The notes under the pieces are model-generated. The model made no database searches. It was not told where the DNA came from and saw nothing but the letters and a program-made list of their open reading frames with translations. A stretch of 64,000 nt of DNA from Dicyema japonicum. Taxonomy: Eukaryota > Animalia > Dicyemida. Positions within the stretch are counted from its first letter, which is position 1. Every line of letters begins with the position of its first letter. The translations under genes were made by a program, and so were the position numbers. This document shows positions 1 to 12,049 of the stretch, in pieces. Location of the stretch: the NCBI GenBank assembly GCA_011109175.1, contig RDEW01000001.1, forward strand, positions 1,254,360 to 1,318,359, read 5' to 3'.

Positions 1-990
1 TGGCTTCTCCAATAAAGAGGGACCCATCATCGATATGGATTACTTTGGTGGATTCGCGATTAGTATTATCAAATATTAACGTAGTATCATGTATATTGTA
101 TTCTGCCTCATTAAACAGTGGATTATCAATTTTATAGTTTTCTTTCTCATCAACATTTTCCTCATAAATGCTGGGACTATCTTCCAAAGAGTTTTCCATA
201 AAAGATTCTCGTCTACTAAAATCATTAGTAAGGACCAACGAATAGTTTCCATTAATGTAATATGGTCTACTAGCAATTTCTCCATTAAGGACTGGACCAG
301 TCTCCATGGAAATTTCTTCAACAAATTCTTGTTTACTAATAAGTTCATTAGGGTTGTTCTCCGTAGAATTTACTTCCAAAGAACACGACTCATTACAGTC
401 TCTGCTAAACACAACTTTATCCTTCACGTGGTTTTCTTTATTAATTTCTATTTTACTGCATATTGGTTCATTAATGTATTCATTACTGGGATGCCTTTCA
501 TTTCCTACTCTTTCCGTGTTTATTTGATTTGCTCCCATATTATCCTTGTTAATAACTCCGTTGCTAATAAAGTTCACTACCACAGTCTTATTTATAATGT
601 CCCCAGCTTTACGTCCATTAATCATTTTCTTAGAACCAATTCCTAAAAGTAATATATACAGGTTTAACTGTTTGGTTCTTTTTTGGCTAACCTGTGTTCA
701 ATCTTTGTAGGATTGTAACACTGTGGGTTGGCAAAATTGGTGGAAGTGGTTTTTAGCAATCGGGGACCTTTGTTAGTAAATCTATCCGTAGTACTGCCGA
801 AAACAATTCTAGCATTAGTCTGGGTTTTAACAACATATTTATTTGTTTTATTAATCTTTGCTGCTAATTTCAACTACTTTATCGCATTAATCAGACCTGA
901 CGCTCTTCCTCGATTATAGCCCTCCTTTGAGCAGCCGCAGCATGTCTGTCCATGCTGATCTGCTTCAAATCCTTCATCCTCTCTGAACGA
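1..990 (-). CDS. Multi-exon protein running off the window start; weak resemblance to MAP7/ensconsin in the N-terminal part
   Basis: Minus-strand frames join across a 23-nt intron (gtctgattaatgcgataaagtag) and a 26-nt intron (gttaaacctgtatatattacttttag). This gives ...RHAAAAQRRAIIEEERQLKLAAK...IVFGSTTDRF... followed by a long stop-free N/E/D-rich exon down to base 1. The family call rests only on a remembered 'RRAxxEE' coil plus an 'FGSxTxR' motif. Confidence 0.5.
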
Positions 991-1261
991 CTAATTAATC
1001 CTACTAATTAATAAAAATTGATCGATAATCAAATTAATGACTACCTTCTGCTTTGGTAACAGCACATTTTGTCTTGTTATTGAACATAATGTGCCGCCTA
1101 AGTTGTTCTGATTTTATTGTTTACGATGGTTATATAATTAATCAATTATATAATTTCATTAAGAAATATTAATATTATTTAATAATGTAATTCACTTTTA
1201 TTGTCATTTATTCAATTAAATCTCATTTTCTCTTAATTAATAGCCTTTTAATGTCTCTGTT

Positions 1262-1320
1262 GGAGCGTTCCGGGATCACGTGATCAGTTAGCTTGGTTTT
1301 ATCGTAATTTTTGGAATTTT
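1262..1320 (+). repeat. Short 3'-tail copy of the Jockey/I-like LINE family
   Basis: cgggatcacgtgatcagttagcttggttttatcg matches the tails at ~32930, ~36820 and ~45570-45620 (reverse). Confidence 0.6.
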
Positions 1321-1344
1321 TCATTCATATCGCCTTAACAATCT

Positions 1345-1655
1345 TACATTGTGCTTAGAATGGACATAAACGCTCCTGCAAATATAATAATGGACAATTA
1401 CTTTAGCAATGATAACAAACCATCGTTCAGAGGAAGACCCAGAGTCACTCTACCTGTGGCTCTGAACAAGGATCTTAATGGAATTGAAAGAAAACTTAAA
1501 TCTGCCGAAGACCTAAAAGATCTAGGACAGATGCGCAAAGCAGAGGGCGACGAGACGCCTAGTGAAGCAGATTTTGAAACGTGCGACACAAACGGGACCT
1601 TAATTAATATAACGTTCTTTGGTTCTGTGAAAGTGTTTTTAATAATAATAATCTT
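1345..1655 (+). mobile_element. RTE-like non-LTR retrotransposon, 3' fragment with tail
   Basis: LRMDINAPANIIMDNYF...FRGRPRVTLPVALNKDL is an RTE-type C-terminus. The tail ...taattaatataacgttctttggttctgtgaaagtgtttt(taa)n is shared with 38855-39050. Confidence 0.75.
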
Positions 1656-2299
1656 TTATTGCAAGGAAATATAAAATAATAAAATTAATGGCCGAGTCAG
1701 ATAACAACCGAAAGGACTGGAATGACCGTAGATACACTAGCATATTGCATGCAGGCAGAATCGGATAGTCTAATCATCTTAAAGTAGACTAGCCGTGGGT
1801 AAATTTATAAAAAAATAAATATTTGTTTTTTATTATTATTATAAATTAAAATACATAAAAAACGTGTTTGAAGTGTACTTTTTGATGTGCTGTCATTTTT
1901 GATTTGACACTCATTGATTGTTTTCAGCTATTAAATCGGTAATTTCTATTGACTTCTATTTGATGCTCTGTCTAATTTGAGACTAAATTTTGTTTGAATC
2001 ATTAATGGCCATTAAGCACTCACTATGACCATTTAATAGTCACTTGAAATCATAAAGATATTAGCACGTGTTCGAGTTCTGTGATTTAAGATTTTTATGC
2101 GCATAATTATTATCTTTGGTCTTAAAGTGTAGTTTGATTGAACGATATTAATTTTTAAGATTTTTTTGAATAATTATTTCCGTAGTTATTAGGTCAAAGC
2201 AGTTATTAAAATAGCCACTCTGAATATCAAAGTTCCTTCAGTTTTAAATCCGAATTCAGACGTTATGTTCGACACTGTTGTGCTGGCTGAGATCACAGC

Positions 2300-2760
2300 A
2301 CTCAATTTCCCCTATAGAATCAGACATGATCCCTTAGGGATATAAAATGTCTTGACGGGGTATGAAAATAACAATCAATGGAAATCTCCCCCAAAGTGTT
2401 ATTCCCCTCACATAGTAAGACAACATGGTTGACATCCAATGTGAGGACAAAAATGGGAGTATATATGGGTGGCATTGTACAATAGGATCATTCATGGAGA
2501 CCAGATGTTGTGTGTCAGAGGTACAAGCTGCTGTGGATGTCATCATACGCTTGTGTGAGACTAGAGGACTCGTGCTAAGCCTGAAAAATGCCGGTTACCG
2601 TTTGTAGAGTTTCAGTAGCGGTCACAAGGGGATGAATACCTAGGGGTCGCATTCAACTCTATGTATTATTTCCTGGGGCACAGTGCTCATCAAGAGCTGG
2701 GTTGTGCAAAGTTTGGTGTTCTTTAAGCCTAAGTTTGGGCCAAGGTGTTCTACGGTGCGT
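2300..2760 (+). mobile_element. Degenerate LINE reverse-transcriptase fragment
   Basis: QAAVDVIIRLCETRGLVLSLK and DEYLGVAF resemble LINE RT post-YxDD motifs; stops and frameshifts are present. Confidence 0.5.
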
Positions 2761-3769
2761 ACTTATGGAATCTTAGTGATGAAAGGGATAACTGCGTAGT
2801 AATCCTTAACGATTGCCTATCATTCGAATGTCCCTTAGGTTTCAGTTACCGGAAGGATGACCTGAAAAGGTGTTGAGAAGATTCAATCCTCCGAATCAAG
2901 GAGATTGAAGGAAGAAGATCTTTAAACGCTGGTAGAATAAAAGGAAAAAATTACGTTTCCTTTACTTTTTATTTGCCTTGTTCCTGAATTGTTGGAATCC
3001 TCCAACAGTTGCCCTCACTCAGTCCTTGTGGAGTACAGAGTATCTCAGAAAACATGCAGTGGGAGTTGATCTAGAAAACTTTGACGTTTGGATAAACGCC
3101 CACCATGGTATTCGCAATCATAAGGAGGATCTTGTCCACTAATATCTTGCATCTTCATTTATTTGAGGCCAGACTCCTTTTGGATGACGGAAAGGAGATC
3201 GTTCCTTTGTAGGAACGTTGGTTGGGTAATGGAAGTAAAAAGCTGAATAAGAAATACCTAACTCCCCAGATGTTCTGCAAAAACACAAGACACTGGATCT
3301 AACTCTGTCGTGTCGAAAAAACTTGGTTGAAGATTTACCACGTGACAGAAAATTACAACCATTTTCATCAACCTGCGTCAACCTCCTGGACACAATTACC
3401 GAAAGTATGACCACAGATCCAGATGTGGCTCATGAAGGACAGTCAAATTCTTATGAAGTGACGAGATCTGAGATGTTCTTCGTCTTCGGACACTGGTTTG
3501 AGAGAATGCAGAAATCATGTAGGAATGAAATTGTTTAAAGGGAGACCTATAAACCTCTTTGAGATTATCCAGAGACTGTTTAATTCTAGTCTAGGACTGG
3601 AATATATTCCACGAACTATAAGTTAGAAATCATCAATATGGTTTCTAAACAGGGGGAATCTGTTGGATCTAGAGAGAAACACTGGGACAAGATAAAGACA
3701 CCTCTGATCACCTGATGGCTCTTTTTAGAATTAAACAAACTTTTTGGTGATTTTTTGGCTTGAAAACTG

Positions 3770-4020
3770 CTCTTTTACGCAGAGGCATGTTAGCTATAGT
3801 TTCGCTCTGGCAGGACACACTTAAGTAAAGGAAAGTTATGGTAACTAATTGTAGAGGGAGAACCAGGAATACTCTTACTTCTTTTTTTTTTTTTTGAATG
3901 TATGTCATCTCAAGCTAAAGCACCGTAGATGAATGGAACCTTCAGCCGAAACAGCAGCGGGATTCGAACTAAGGGCCATCAGGCCTCTTGCCCGGACTCA
4001 TTACACTACGCTACCTCCTG
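3770..4020 (-). mobile_element. tRNA-derived SINE family A, copy 1
   Basis: Reverse strand shows an A-box-like tagcgtagtg and a B-box gttcgaatcc, the core aaggttcca..catctac, and a 3' region shared with the copies at 6170, 28290 and 29484. Confidence 0.75.
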
Positions 4021-4299
4021 TTATCTTCGGATGCGTGTGTTCTTGGCTTAATAATAATAAAACAGGGAAACCAAGGAAAGAGCTTTCGAGCTACAACTAT
4101 AAACCTAATATGTTTTCTATCAAAAATAATAAAACTAAACTGGCTTAAATCAAAAAACTTGTTGGCTCTAGTCCGGAAAATTCAGTGGTCTCAGGATGTT
4201 CTATCTCAATTTTATGATAGCAAAGGCACGTGCTTCTAAGTGCCACCACAATGTTATTTGCCTAGATATTTGCAATGGTTTCAATTACCGCAAGGATGA

Positions 4300-5950
4300 C
4301 AGTATGTGGTGTGAGGCACTACTGAAACAACTTCGACGAGAAACTTCATATCTCTAAGGAGATTGTCTTGGAAAGGAAAAGTCCCTCGGGGATCTGTCCT
4401 GAGTCTGCATCTTTCCAACATCTTTATGCAAACTTCCCATAGCGGAGATACGAAAATGCATTTTTTACGCTTACTGTGTTCTCGTCTCAAATGCTCAAGA
4501 AACCTGAACTTTTGGAATATATTGGCTGTGTTATGATTGATGCAGAATGTGAGGTCTGAACATATCTACAGAGAAAACAAGCCTATTTATATTTCAGGTC
4601 GTAGGAAATTCTATTCGGATTGTGCATTACACCCAATGAAGAGCGCGCATCTACTACGCTATTTGGGGGGGGGAAAGCGATTAAAGTGGAGATATTGAAT
4701 TCAGGAGAAAAAAGCCTTTTTTTACAAAGCCGTGTGAAAGTTCAAATTTGGTGAGATACTTTTCTATTTGTTTTCTAATAAAAGATTCTCCCACCACGCT
4801 TTATGTATTCGAGGGTGTTTTTCTCTCCAAGGAAAGAGATAATTATCTTTATGTTGAAGAGAACCCTATAAAGTTTGCTCTCCCTATGAAGTCGGATATA
4901 AGGATCAGGAGGAACTATTGATACCAATGAGGTTTTAATCTTCTTCAAAGACACTAAGGAATCTGGATCCACGTCTATGGGTTGTAACTTTTGTAAGTAA
5001 GGGAGTGATTGGGCCCACCATACGAATAGTTGTTAGATAAAGGGAATTGAGTCTGTAGAGCAGCCTCATACAGTCTGAATCAGTTGTATACTCTACAGCC
5101 GGCGCTGTCGGAGATAGCAGAGAACCCTGGGCCACTCCGTTCAAAAGTAATGGTGATCTTAAACTGGGATGGCCACAATTAACTCTTCCACATTTTCCCG
5201 AGGGAAAGTTAGCCAAAACAGTTTGGGTGTTTTTTGAGACAAAAATCTTCCCAGTAAAAGTTCCTTGGAGCTGTGTATTAATATCAATGGAAGTCATCTT
5301 GGTACTCATGTGAAACAGAGTAGCATTAAAGCCATCGTCAATAAATTGTGAGAGGGTTGAATGAGTGTGTTGAGGTCAATCTAGAACGAAGACCGTGTTG
5401 GAATCCAGAGATGAAATAATAGCTGAGATTACGAGTTTTGGACAACGTGGGAGTGGATCTGTATAAAGTAGGATCTCCCTAATATTGCATTCAGATTCGC
5501 TTGAGGTTCCCATTGAATAGTGGCTCAGATGTTTTAGATGAATTGAAGATACTGAACTCTAATCCAACGAAAACTTATAAAATTTACTTTTTTTGAAAAT
5601 AATAGGTTTTCTTCGGTTTATGGCCGCGGACCTTAATGTCCAGGTGCTTCGCGAATGTTTCGAAAATGATAGCAACGTGGTATTTCGTAAGTTACGATGT
5701 ATACGAGACACATAGTCAGGAGAAACCCTTCCGGTTTCTTTTGCATCTTCCAACTTATCTGGTTTAGTGTTTTCCAGAATTGACGGGATGAACTTTTCAT
5801 GCTTAGGATCTGACCAAATGCCGTTAGTTTTTGTCCTGGTGTTCTTCTATGCTCAAACTGATGTTTTTCGAAGAGTTGGGTCCATCAGTTGGCATCGTCT
5901 CAAAAGGTTTCTTCGTTTTATGAGGGTGAGTGTGCGGAGTTGAAAGTAGG
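4300..5950 (-). mobile_element. Decayed LINE RT relic
   Basis: LLNGVAQGSLLSP (RT motif GVPQGSxLSP) with degenerate upstream RT motifs; many stops. Confidence 0.6.
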
Positions 5951-6164
5951 TATAAAAATCAAATAAAGTAGGACCACAGCTCTGAGGCATTAAGTGCCCC
6001 AAAATCCGGGGGTAAAAATAATTTGCTTAATATCAAAATTAATAATGAATAAACAAGTTTTTATTAAAAATGATCCGTTATTTTTTTCCTACATTTTTTG
6101 TTTTTTTAATATCTTCAGATAAAATCTTACGAAACTCGAATATTTTGTTAGAGTTTGTGGTATA

Positions 6165-6475
6165 ATAATAATAAAACCTTTTCACGAGAGCCATAGTATT
6201 TATTGCTCCGCATAGGCAGGACACACACTTTATTTAAGTAAAGAACAGTTAATTTTAACTAATCGTAGAACCAAGGAATGATCTTCACTTCTTTTTTTCT
6301 TGTGTGGGTGTCCTTTCTAGACAATCCAGTTCCGCAGTGAGTATTCACTGATGACGGCGTCACTCGTCAAACCCTTTCTGCATCGTAGATGCGTGGAACC
6401 TTCCACCAAGTGAACAGCAGCGAGATTCGAACCCGTAGCCTAAGCCACTTAAGCCCGACACATAACCATGAATAC
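6165..6475 (-). mobile_element. tRNA-derived SINE family A, copy 2
   Basis: B-box ggttcgaatc, core gaaggttccacgcatctacgatgc, 3' hairpin ggagc..gctct and (tat)n tail; colinear with 28290-28600. Confidence 0.8.
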
Positions 6476-6479
6476 CTTT

Positions 6480-7617
6480 TTCTAATTCATTCATTGAAAA
6501 TATGATTGTTTTGACATGTCTCAGATTGATTTCATTTAGTTTTGGAAAAATAAGTTGTTCGTCTTCGGAGACAAAAGTAAAAGATATCAAATTGTTAAAA
6601 TATCTTGATTTAAATGCCTTTCTTATTCCCATGTCTAATGGCTGTACAAGTGACGTAGTATTGGCATAAATAATAGTTTAACATTCGAATAAGAAAAATT
6701 TTTATGACATGTTGCATTGTCTAGCATTAACAATATTTTCTATTTTGACAAATCATTTTTTTGGAAATTTTTAAAACATCGAGAGAGATTTATACTTTCC
6801 TATTAGCAAAGGTTTTAACTTCTCCCCAAGCGCACTGCAACAAAGAAGAATGCTGACTATTATTTTTTTATTCCATTAAAGTTATCATTTATTCCCACCA
6901 ATGATTTTGATGGATATATTTAACATATAATGATGTTTCATCGCAATTGAAAATGTTACTTTCTCCTAAGCATTTTCAAAATTTGGTGAGATACAGCAAA
7001 AAGGACGGTAATTGTGAAGTTTCAGATGAATTTTCTCTCCATTTATAGATTTAAATAGCAATTCGTGTCTTTTTTTGAATCTATCTAACCATTCATTTGT
7101 GCTTTAAACGTCTGATAATCAATTCTTCGAGAAATTAATAAAGCTATATTCTTCATAATGTTCCGAAATGGGAATATATTGCTCCCTGCATTTTGTAAAC
7201 GCTTCGTACAGTAATTTATCTAGTTTCTGTGACTTCTCTACTGAAATATTTTTATGTCAGGATTTCGACTATTAATATTGGTTTCATTAGAATGAACAAA
7301 TCCATTTTGAAAAAAAAATTACCAAATATTTTTCTTAATCCTAGACACAGTACCTAAAATTGCATAAATTAGAAGCAAACCTTTACTTGTCTTGTATTTA
7401 TTGATTATTTGCCTCTCAGGTGATTTTTTCGAAGCCAAATCCATTGCAATCTTCAATTTAGTATTATTATTCTTGTATTTTTTTATTAACAAAAAAATTA
7501 TTTTTCTTAAGTAGGGTTTTTTTTAATTTCCAAATTTGGAAATTAATACTTAAAAATAGGCATGATTCACAAAATGCCCCAAAATCCGAGGGTGGGGTTT
7601 GGCTTGGGGTCGGACTG
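6480..7617 (-). mobile_element. pogo/Tigger (Tc1-mariner superfamily) transposase relic
   Basis: Minus-strand motifs LDKLLYEAFTKCREQYIPIS, EWLDRFKKRH, NIFNCDETSLY, LLCCSALGEKLKPLLIGK, LDNATCH and QPLDMGIRKAFKSRY; end sequence CAGTCCGAC at 7617. Confidence 0.8.
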
Positions 7618-7749
7618 AATAATGAAAGAAGAAAAAACAAATTGTCAGCTTTTTGAATGGCCGCATTGATTTTTGTGACCTGATCTATCAAATGTATTTG
7701 TAATCAAAGTCCTCTGATTACGTCGGAATCACCTTAACTTTAGGAGAGT

Positions 7750-8260
7750 GGGATCCTTTTACGTTGAATCTTTTGTGGGTTGCGGTCACTGGAAAAACCA
7801 TAATTCACATTCTATGAAGCAAGTCCTACGAATGAAAAGGAACACGGGGTTAGATTGGGAGATGTACAGTAATCAATACTCCTTAATGGGGTTTAGAGAT
7901 CATTCAAGGCAATCATATCAATAAGATCATTTACGATGACCTCGCCTCGATTGTCAGAGGACTGTCTCAGTGGCTAACTATCACCCCATACGTGAAGCTT
8001 CATACAGATGCCCCTCCCAGTTCTTTTAATTTTGGGAAGGTAGAGATTCGAAGCAGGGTACATGGTATCTTCTTTTGTTTAGAACTTAGAGTTTCTGATG
8101 TCTCCATCACCTTTTAGATGCTCACGAGAACAAAGAAGACAAGGTCCTTCATCCAAGAAGCCAAATAGACATCTCATGCAATAATGGTACATTTAGCCAT
8201 CCGACTCATCGGGTATTAACACATGTAATAAATTTTCACATTGCCGGGTCCTAGTTCATC
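7750..8260 (-). mobile_element. Possible R4/Dong-like (RLE) LINE relic
   Basis: SNLYLPKIKRTGRGI resembles the RLYLPRxxGGRGL motif; heavily decayed. Confidence 0.35.
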
Positions 8261-8457
8261 TCCTACACTGGATTGACAGGGATAATTACTTAATAAGTCC
8301 ACCACCTTCCGAGATTAGGAAATATGAGTTTAATAGAAACAAAACAATGAATATTTAGAAATATAATTAATTGAGAAAATAATTGAGAAAATAAAAATAA
8401 GATTAATAAAAACAAAGATTAGAACACAACAGCCAAAAATAGTAATCAAAATATTTT

Positions 8458-10233
8458 CTAAAATTTCCCACGTCTCCACGGTCTGTCTGAATAAAAGTCA
8501 TCACCGTAGTGATGATTCTTCCGATCAAATGAGAAGTCATTAAAAAAGTCACCACCATAACGACTTCTTCTATTAGATCTATAGTCATCACGTCGTCGAT
8601 AGTCAGGAACCAAGGGACTAGAGAAAGCAAACTTATTGAGCACATCAGGAATCTCCTGACCTACCTGATTCAACAACTAAAAGTAAACGAGTCACTCACG
8701 TTAATAATTCTACCAACAGAACCCGACTCGTTCCTCCCAACAAAGGACAGTGACAGTCCCTTTCGACCAGCCCTTCCAGTCCTTCCAATTCTATGCACAT
8801 AAAATTCAAAGTCGTTAGGGAAATCAAAATTGACGACCACATCAACTCCCCCAGCAATATCTAAAGTCAACCCAACCCTAACCGAGTCCCCTGGCGGCAA
8901 CATTCGAGGCCACCACTATCCGAGTTATCCCATCATTTTCAGTCCTAGCGAAGCCTACATTGAAAGAGACTAATACTTCTAATAAGAGACTCCCTATAGC
9001 TCTGCTCCTTTGATCCATGAAGAACTGCGGCTCTGAATTTCTTTTCACATAGTTTTCTCGTCAGAAAGTCACACGTGGATTTCTTCTCACAAAAGATCAG
9101 AATCCTGCTGACTTTAGCCTGTTCACTGCTCAAAAACTTAAAAAGTCAGAAATAAATAAAAATGATACTTATCAATTTTGTCGGTCTCGTAATCATAAGA
9201 CTCAAACATCTGTATAATGTCAGGGTTGCACGTGAGCTCCTTCCCCCCAACAGTGATCATCGAATAATCATCACCAAGAATCTCCCTCGACAGATTTCTG
9301 ATCTCCTTAGGCCACGTGGCACTCCACATCATGACTTGTCTGTCCGGCTATTAGATTAAACGATCACAAACTCTGATAAACTTAATTATTTCTCTGATTT
9401 GAGGGTAAAACCCAATGTCCAGCATGTGGTCAGCCTCGTCCAATATCAGCATCTCCACGGATTTGAGGTTGATATCATTTTTTCCCAAGTAGTCAGCCAG
9501 ACGTCCGGGAGTGGCCACCAATATGTTAGATCTTTCTCTGTTTATCGTCATCAGTTGAGATTGTCTATTGACTCCTCCATATGCGGAAGAAACCGAAAAT
9601 CCTCTGGGTAATACTGAGGCCGCTACCCGAGTGATCTGAGTGACAATCTCTCTGGTAGGAGCAAGGATAAGGCACTTTAATAAAATAAAAACTCAACCAT
9701 GAAACCATTTATCCCCAATTTCCTCCCCTCCTGAATCATCTTAAGTGCAGGCAACAAATACTGGGATATTAAAAGATGAAAACAGAAAGAGTCTTCCCAG
9801 AACCAGTAAGGGCAATCCCCACGATGTTCTTTCCGCTCATGGCGATTGGGAGAGCCACACCCTGAATTGGGGTGGATTTGGCAATATTCTGATCTCTTAA
9901 CTTGCGATCAACTTCGTCTGAAATAATTCCAAGCCAAACCATTAAAGGAAACGTCACTCAAATGTTCCACCACAGCAGGATGAAACTGTCCCTCCAACTC
10001 TATTTTGTTCTTGTCCATGAAAGCGGAAGAGGATTCGGGATCCAAAAGACGAACCGACTTTGGAAGTGAAATCCGCATCCTAGGCTTTATGCCCTTCCAG
10101 TTAATCTCCTGTGCTTGAAAAAAGAAATCACTCCCCCCATCTCGCCTATAATATCGACTACAAATAAGATAAAGTAAGACCACAAAGAACGAGAACTCCT
10201 AACGAAAGAGAACAAGACAAAACGCGTGGACAT
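8458..10233 (-). CDS. DEAD-box RNA helicase, DDX5/DDX17/Dbp2-like, with R/S/F-rich N-terminus
   Basis: Spliced motifs: [52 protein letters not shown] and [12 protein letters not shown]; RD/RG-rich tail; many 22-26 nt introns. Confidence 0.9.
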
Positions 10234-10318
10234 AAAATAATAATTAAAAATTTAAATATTATTATTAAAGATTATCCATAAATCCAACGTATACATATTT
10301 AATAAAAAAGTCCATTTA

Positions 10319-10952
10319 CTATTTAATATATTTTTTTATTATCTTTTTGAGACGAAAACGCTTTTTCTTCTTTGCTGGGGAAATTGTGTTCTCCAACTCG
10401 TCCTTTAGTTGGCTTATCATTCTATTCATGGTTAGGAAAGTCTCTTCCACATTCTCTCTGCTCTTCGCCGATGTCTTTATCAAGGGAATCCCATATTTGG
10501 CTGCAAATGCTTCCGCTTCTTCAGCTGCTGCCTTGTGTTTGTCCCCTCCCATATCCAACAAGTCCACCTTGTTCAGGACAATCAGCAGTGGAAGATTGTC
10601 ACTGTTTGGGTGTGTCATCAATATATTATCTCTGAACTCATTTAGGGACCGAATGCTTAATAGATCGTCCAGAGAACATACCAGAATAAAGCCCTCAGCC
10701 GTCGTATACATAGGGTGAGTGCTGTTCATAAACAGTTCCTCCCCTGCGGTGTCTAAAATGTCAAGATTTTCCTCCCCCTCCTCAGATTCGACAACCTTTC
10801 TATACGAGTCTCCCTTCGTTGGCTCATAGTTCTCGATAAACTTTGATTAGTGAGAATACAACCTCGTTGTAAATAAACTGAAGAGTGAGTGACGACTTCC
10901 CGACTGCTCCCTGGCCCACAATGGTCACTCGATTTGTTCTGTCTTTAGCCAT
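10319..10952 (-). CDS. RAL: Ral-like small GTPase
   Basis: GQGAVGKSSLTLQFIYNE|FIENYEPTKGDSYRK carries the Ral effector signature; DTAGEE, NKVD and TSAK motifs; 22-nt intron at the YxE|F position; probable 19-nt 5'UTR intron. Confidence 0.8.
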
Positions 10953-11199
10953 TACTGGTTAACCTCACACTGTAAAATAATAATATACTTATTTATTATC
11001 TTATTTTATTTATTTTATTAATTTTAAATAAAATATTAATGCTACATTTTTTAATTTTTTTCATAATGGGAATATAAATTACATAAATTAATAAACATTA
11101 GTGTGAAACTATTCCACGTGGCGCCAAAGTTAGTGTGGTGCTATGTGGCTACTTGAATTGAAGTTTCTTTGTTTTTCTTCTGTTCCGCCTCTTCCCTTT

Positions 11200-11375
11200 G
11201 GCTCCACGAAGCTTGAATTGTTAACATGCGCCATGAGGTTCACCATCTCTGGTGGCGCCAGATTTAATTCTAAATAATATCCATTAGTCAACAACCATCC
11301 GAGGAGTTCACCCTGGACGACACTTCCTTCAAGTCCGAGCATGCGAAGACTACTGAGGGAGGCCGGGATCACCTA
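11200..11375. repeat. Unclassified dispersed repeat X, copy 1 (others at 23410-23575 and 44905-44975 reverse)
   Basis: Near-identical block ttcaccatctctggtgg...acttccttcaagtccgagcatgcgaagact.ctgagggaggccg in three places. Confidence 0.8.
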
Positions 11376-11499
11376 TTTTTCTCATTCTAGCTATGATGGT
11401 GGTTTTCTGGTTCAATAAATTCCATAAATTAATAGCCTAAATTCTAACAATTAAAATAAAAATTGAATAAATTAGTTATTATTAATAACTCACAAAAAA

Positions 11500-11980
11500 T
11501 TAGTCACCAAGTTACTCATTCGCTCATCTCTTGTCTAACCTTGTCCAAGTCATCAAGAGCACGTGACATTATAGTGTGACACTGCTCTAGTGTCTTTCCT
11601 TTGTTGTCATTTCTCTGCCGTAATTAGTTAATAAAACAGTTTTATCTTTGCTGACGAACTCTGTCAGTTGTCTTATATCCTTTCCTAGTTCTCTTATTTC
11701 TCTTATTACATCCCCAGTCTCTTCGTTGTTCTATTCTAAGCTTCGGTCACTACCGTTAAAGGTTCTTTCTTCATTCCACTTTCCCGTCCTTTTGGTTCAT
11801 GAGTGGGCCTCTTCTCTACCTTGTTCTCTCCAAAGACTTGCTGATCGGATCTTGTCTCTACCTCGACCTTCAATCGCCCAAGTTCGTCCTGTAGTTCGTT
11901 TGATAGGAGTTCTGGGATAATTTTGTCTCTCACCTTCTCTCTCCATTACTTGTTTGATAAGTCCCAGAGTTTTCATTTTT
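11500..11980 (-). CDS. Hypothetical small coiled-coil protein
   Basis: Charged open frames (RDKIIPELLSNELQDEL...; DVIREIRELGKDIRQLTEFV) separated by candidate micro-introns; exon structure not resolved. Confidence 0.3.
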
Positions 11981-12049
11981 TTGTCAATATTTTGTTTATT
12001 TTTTCTTGATTTCTAAAAATTAATATTTATTTTACATTTTTGTCAAATT

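Noticed and set aside
89-646. 185-aa plus-strand ORF
   Set aside because: Antisense shadow of the long minus-strand exon; its composition reflects reverse-complemented codons.
3930-4020. Additional tRNA genes at SINE heads (also 6420-6475, 28290-28350, 29484-29545, 43120-43180)
   Set aside because: They have box A/B remnants but no complete cloverleaf, and they continue into shared SINE bodies.
8871-8883. Telomere-like ccctaacc words (also 51959-51971)
   Set aside because: Only one to two units, lying within an intron or probable exon; expected by chance.
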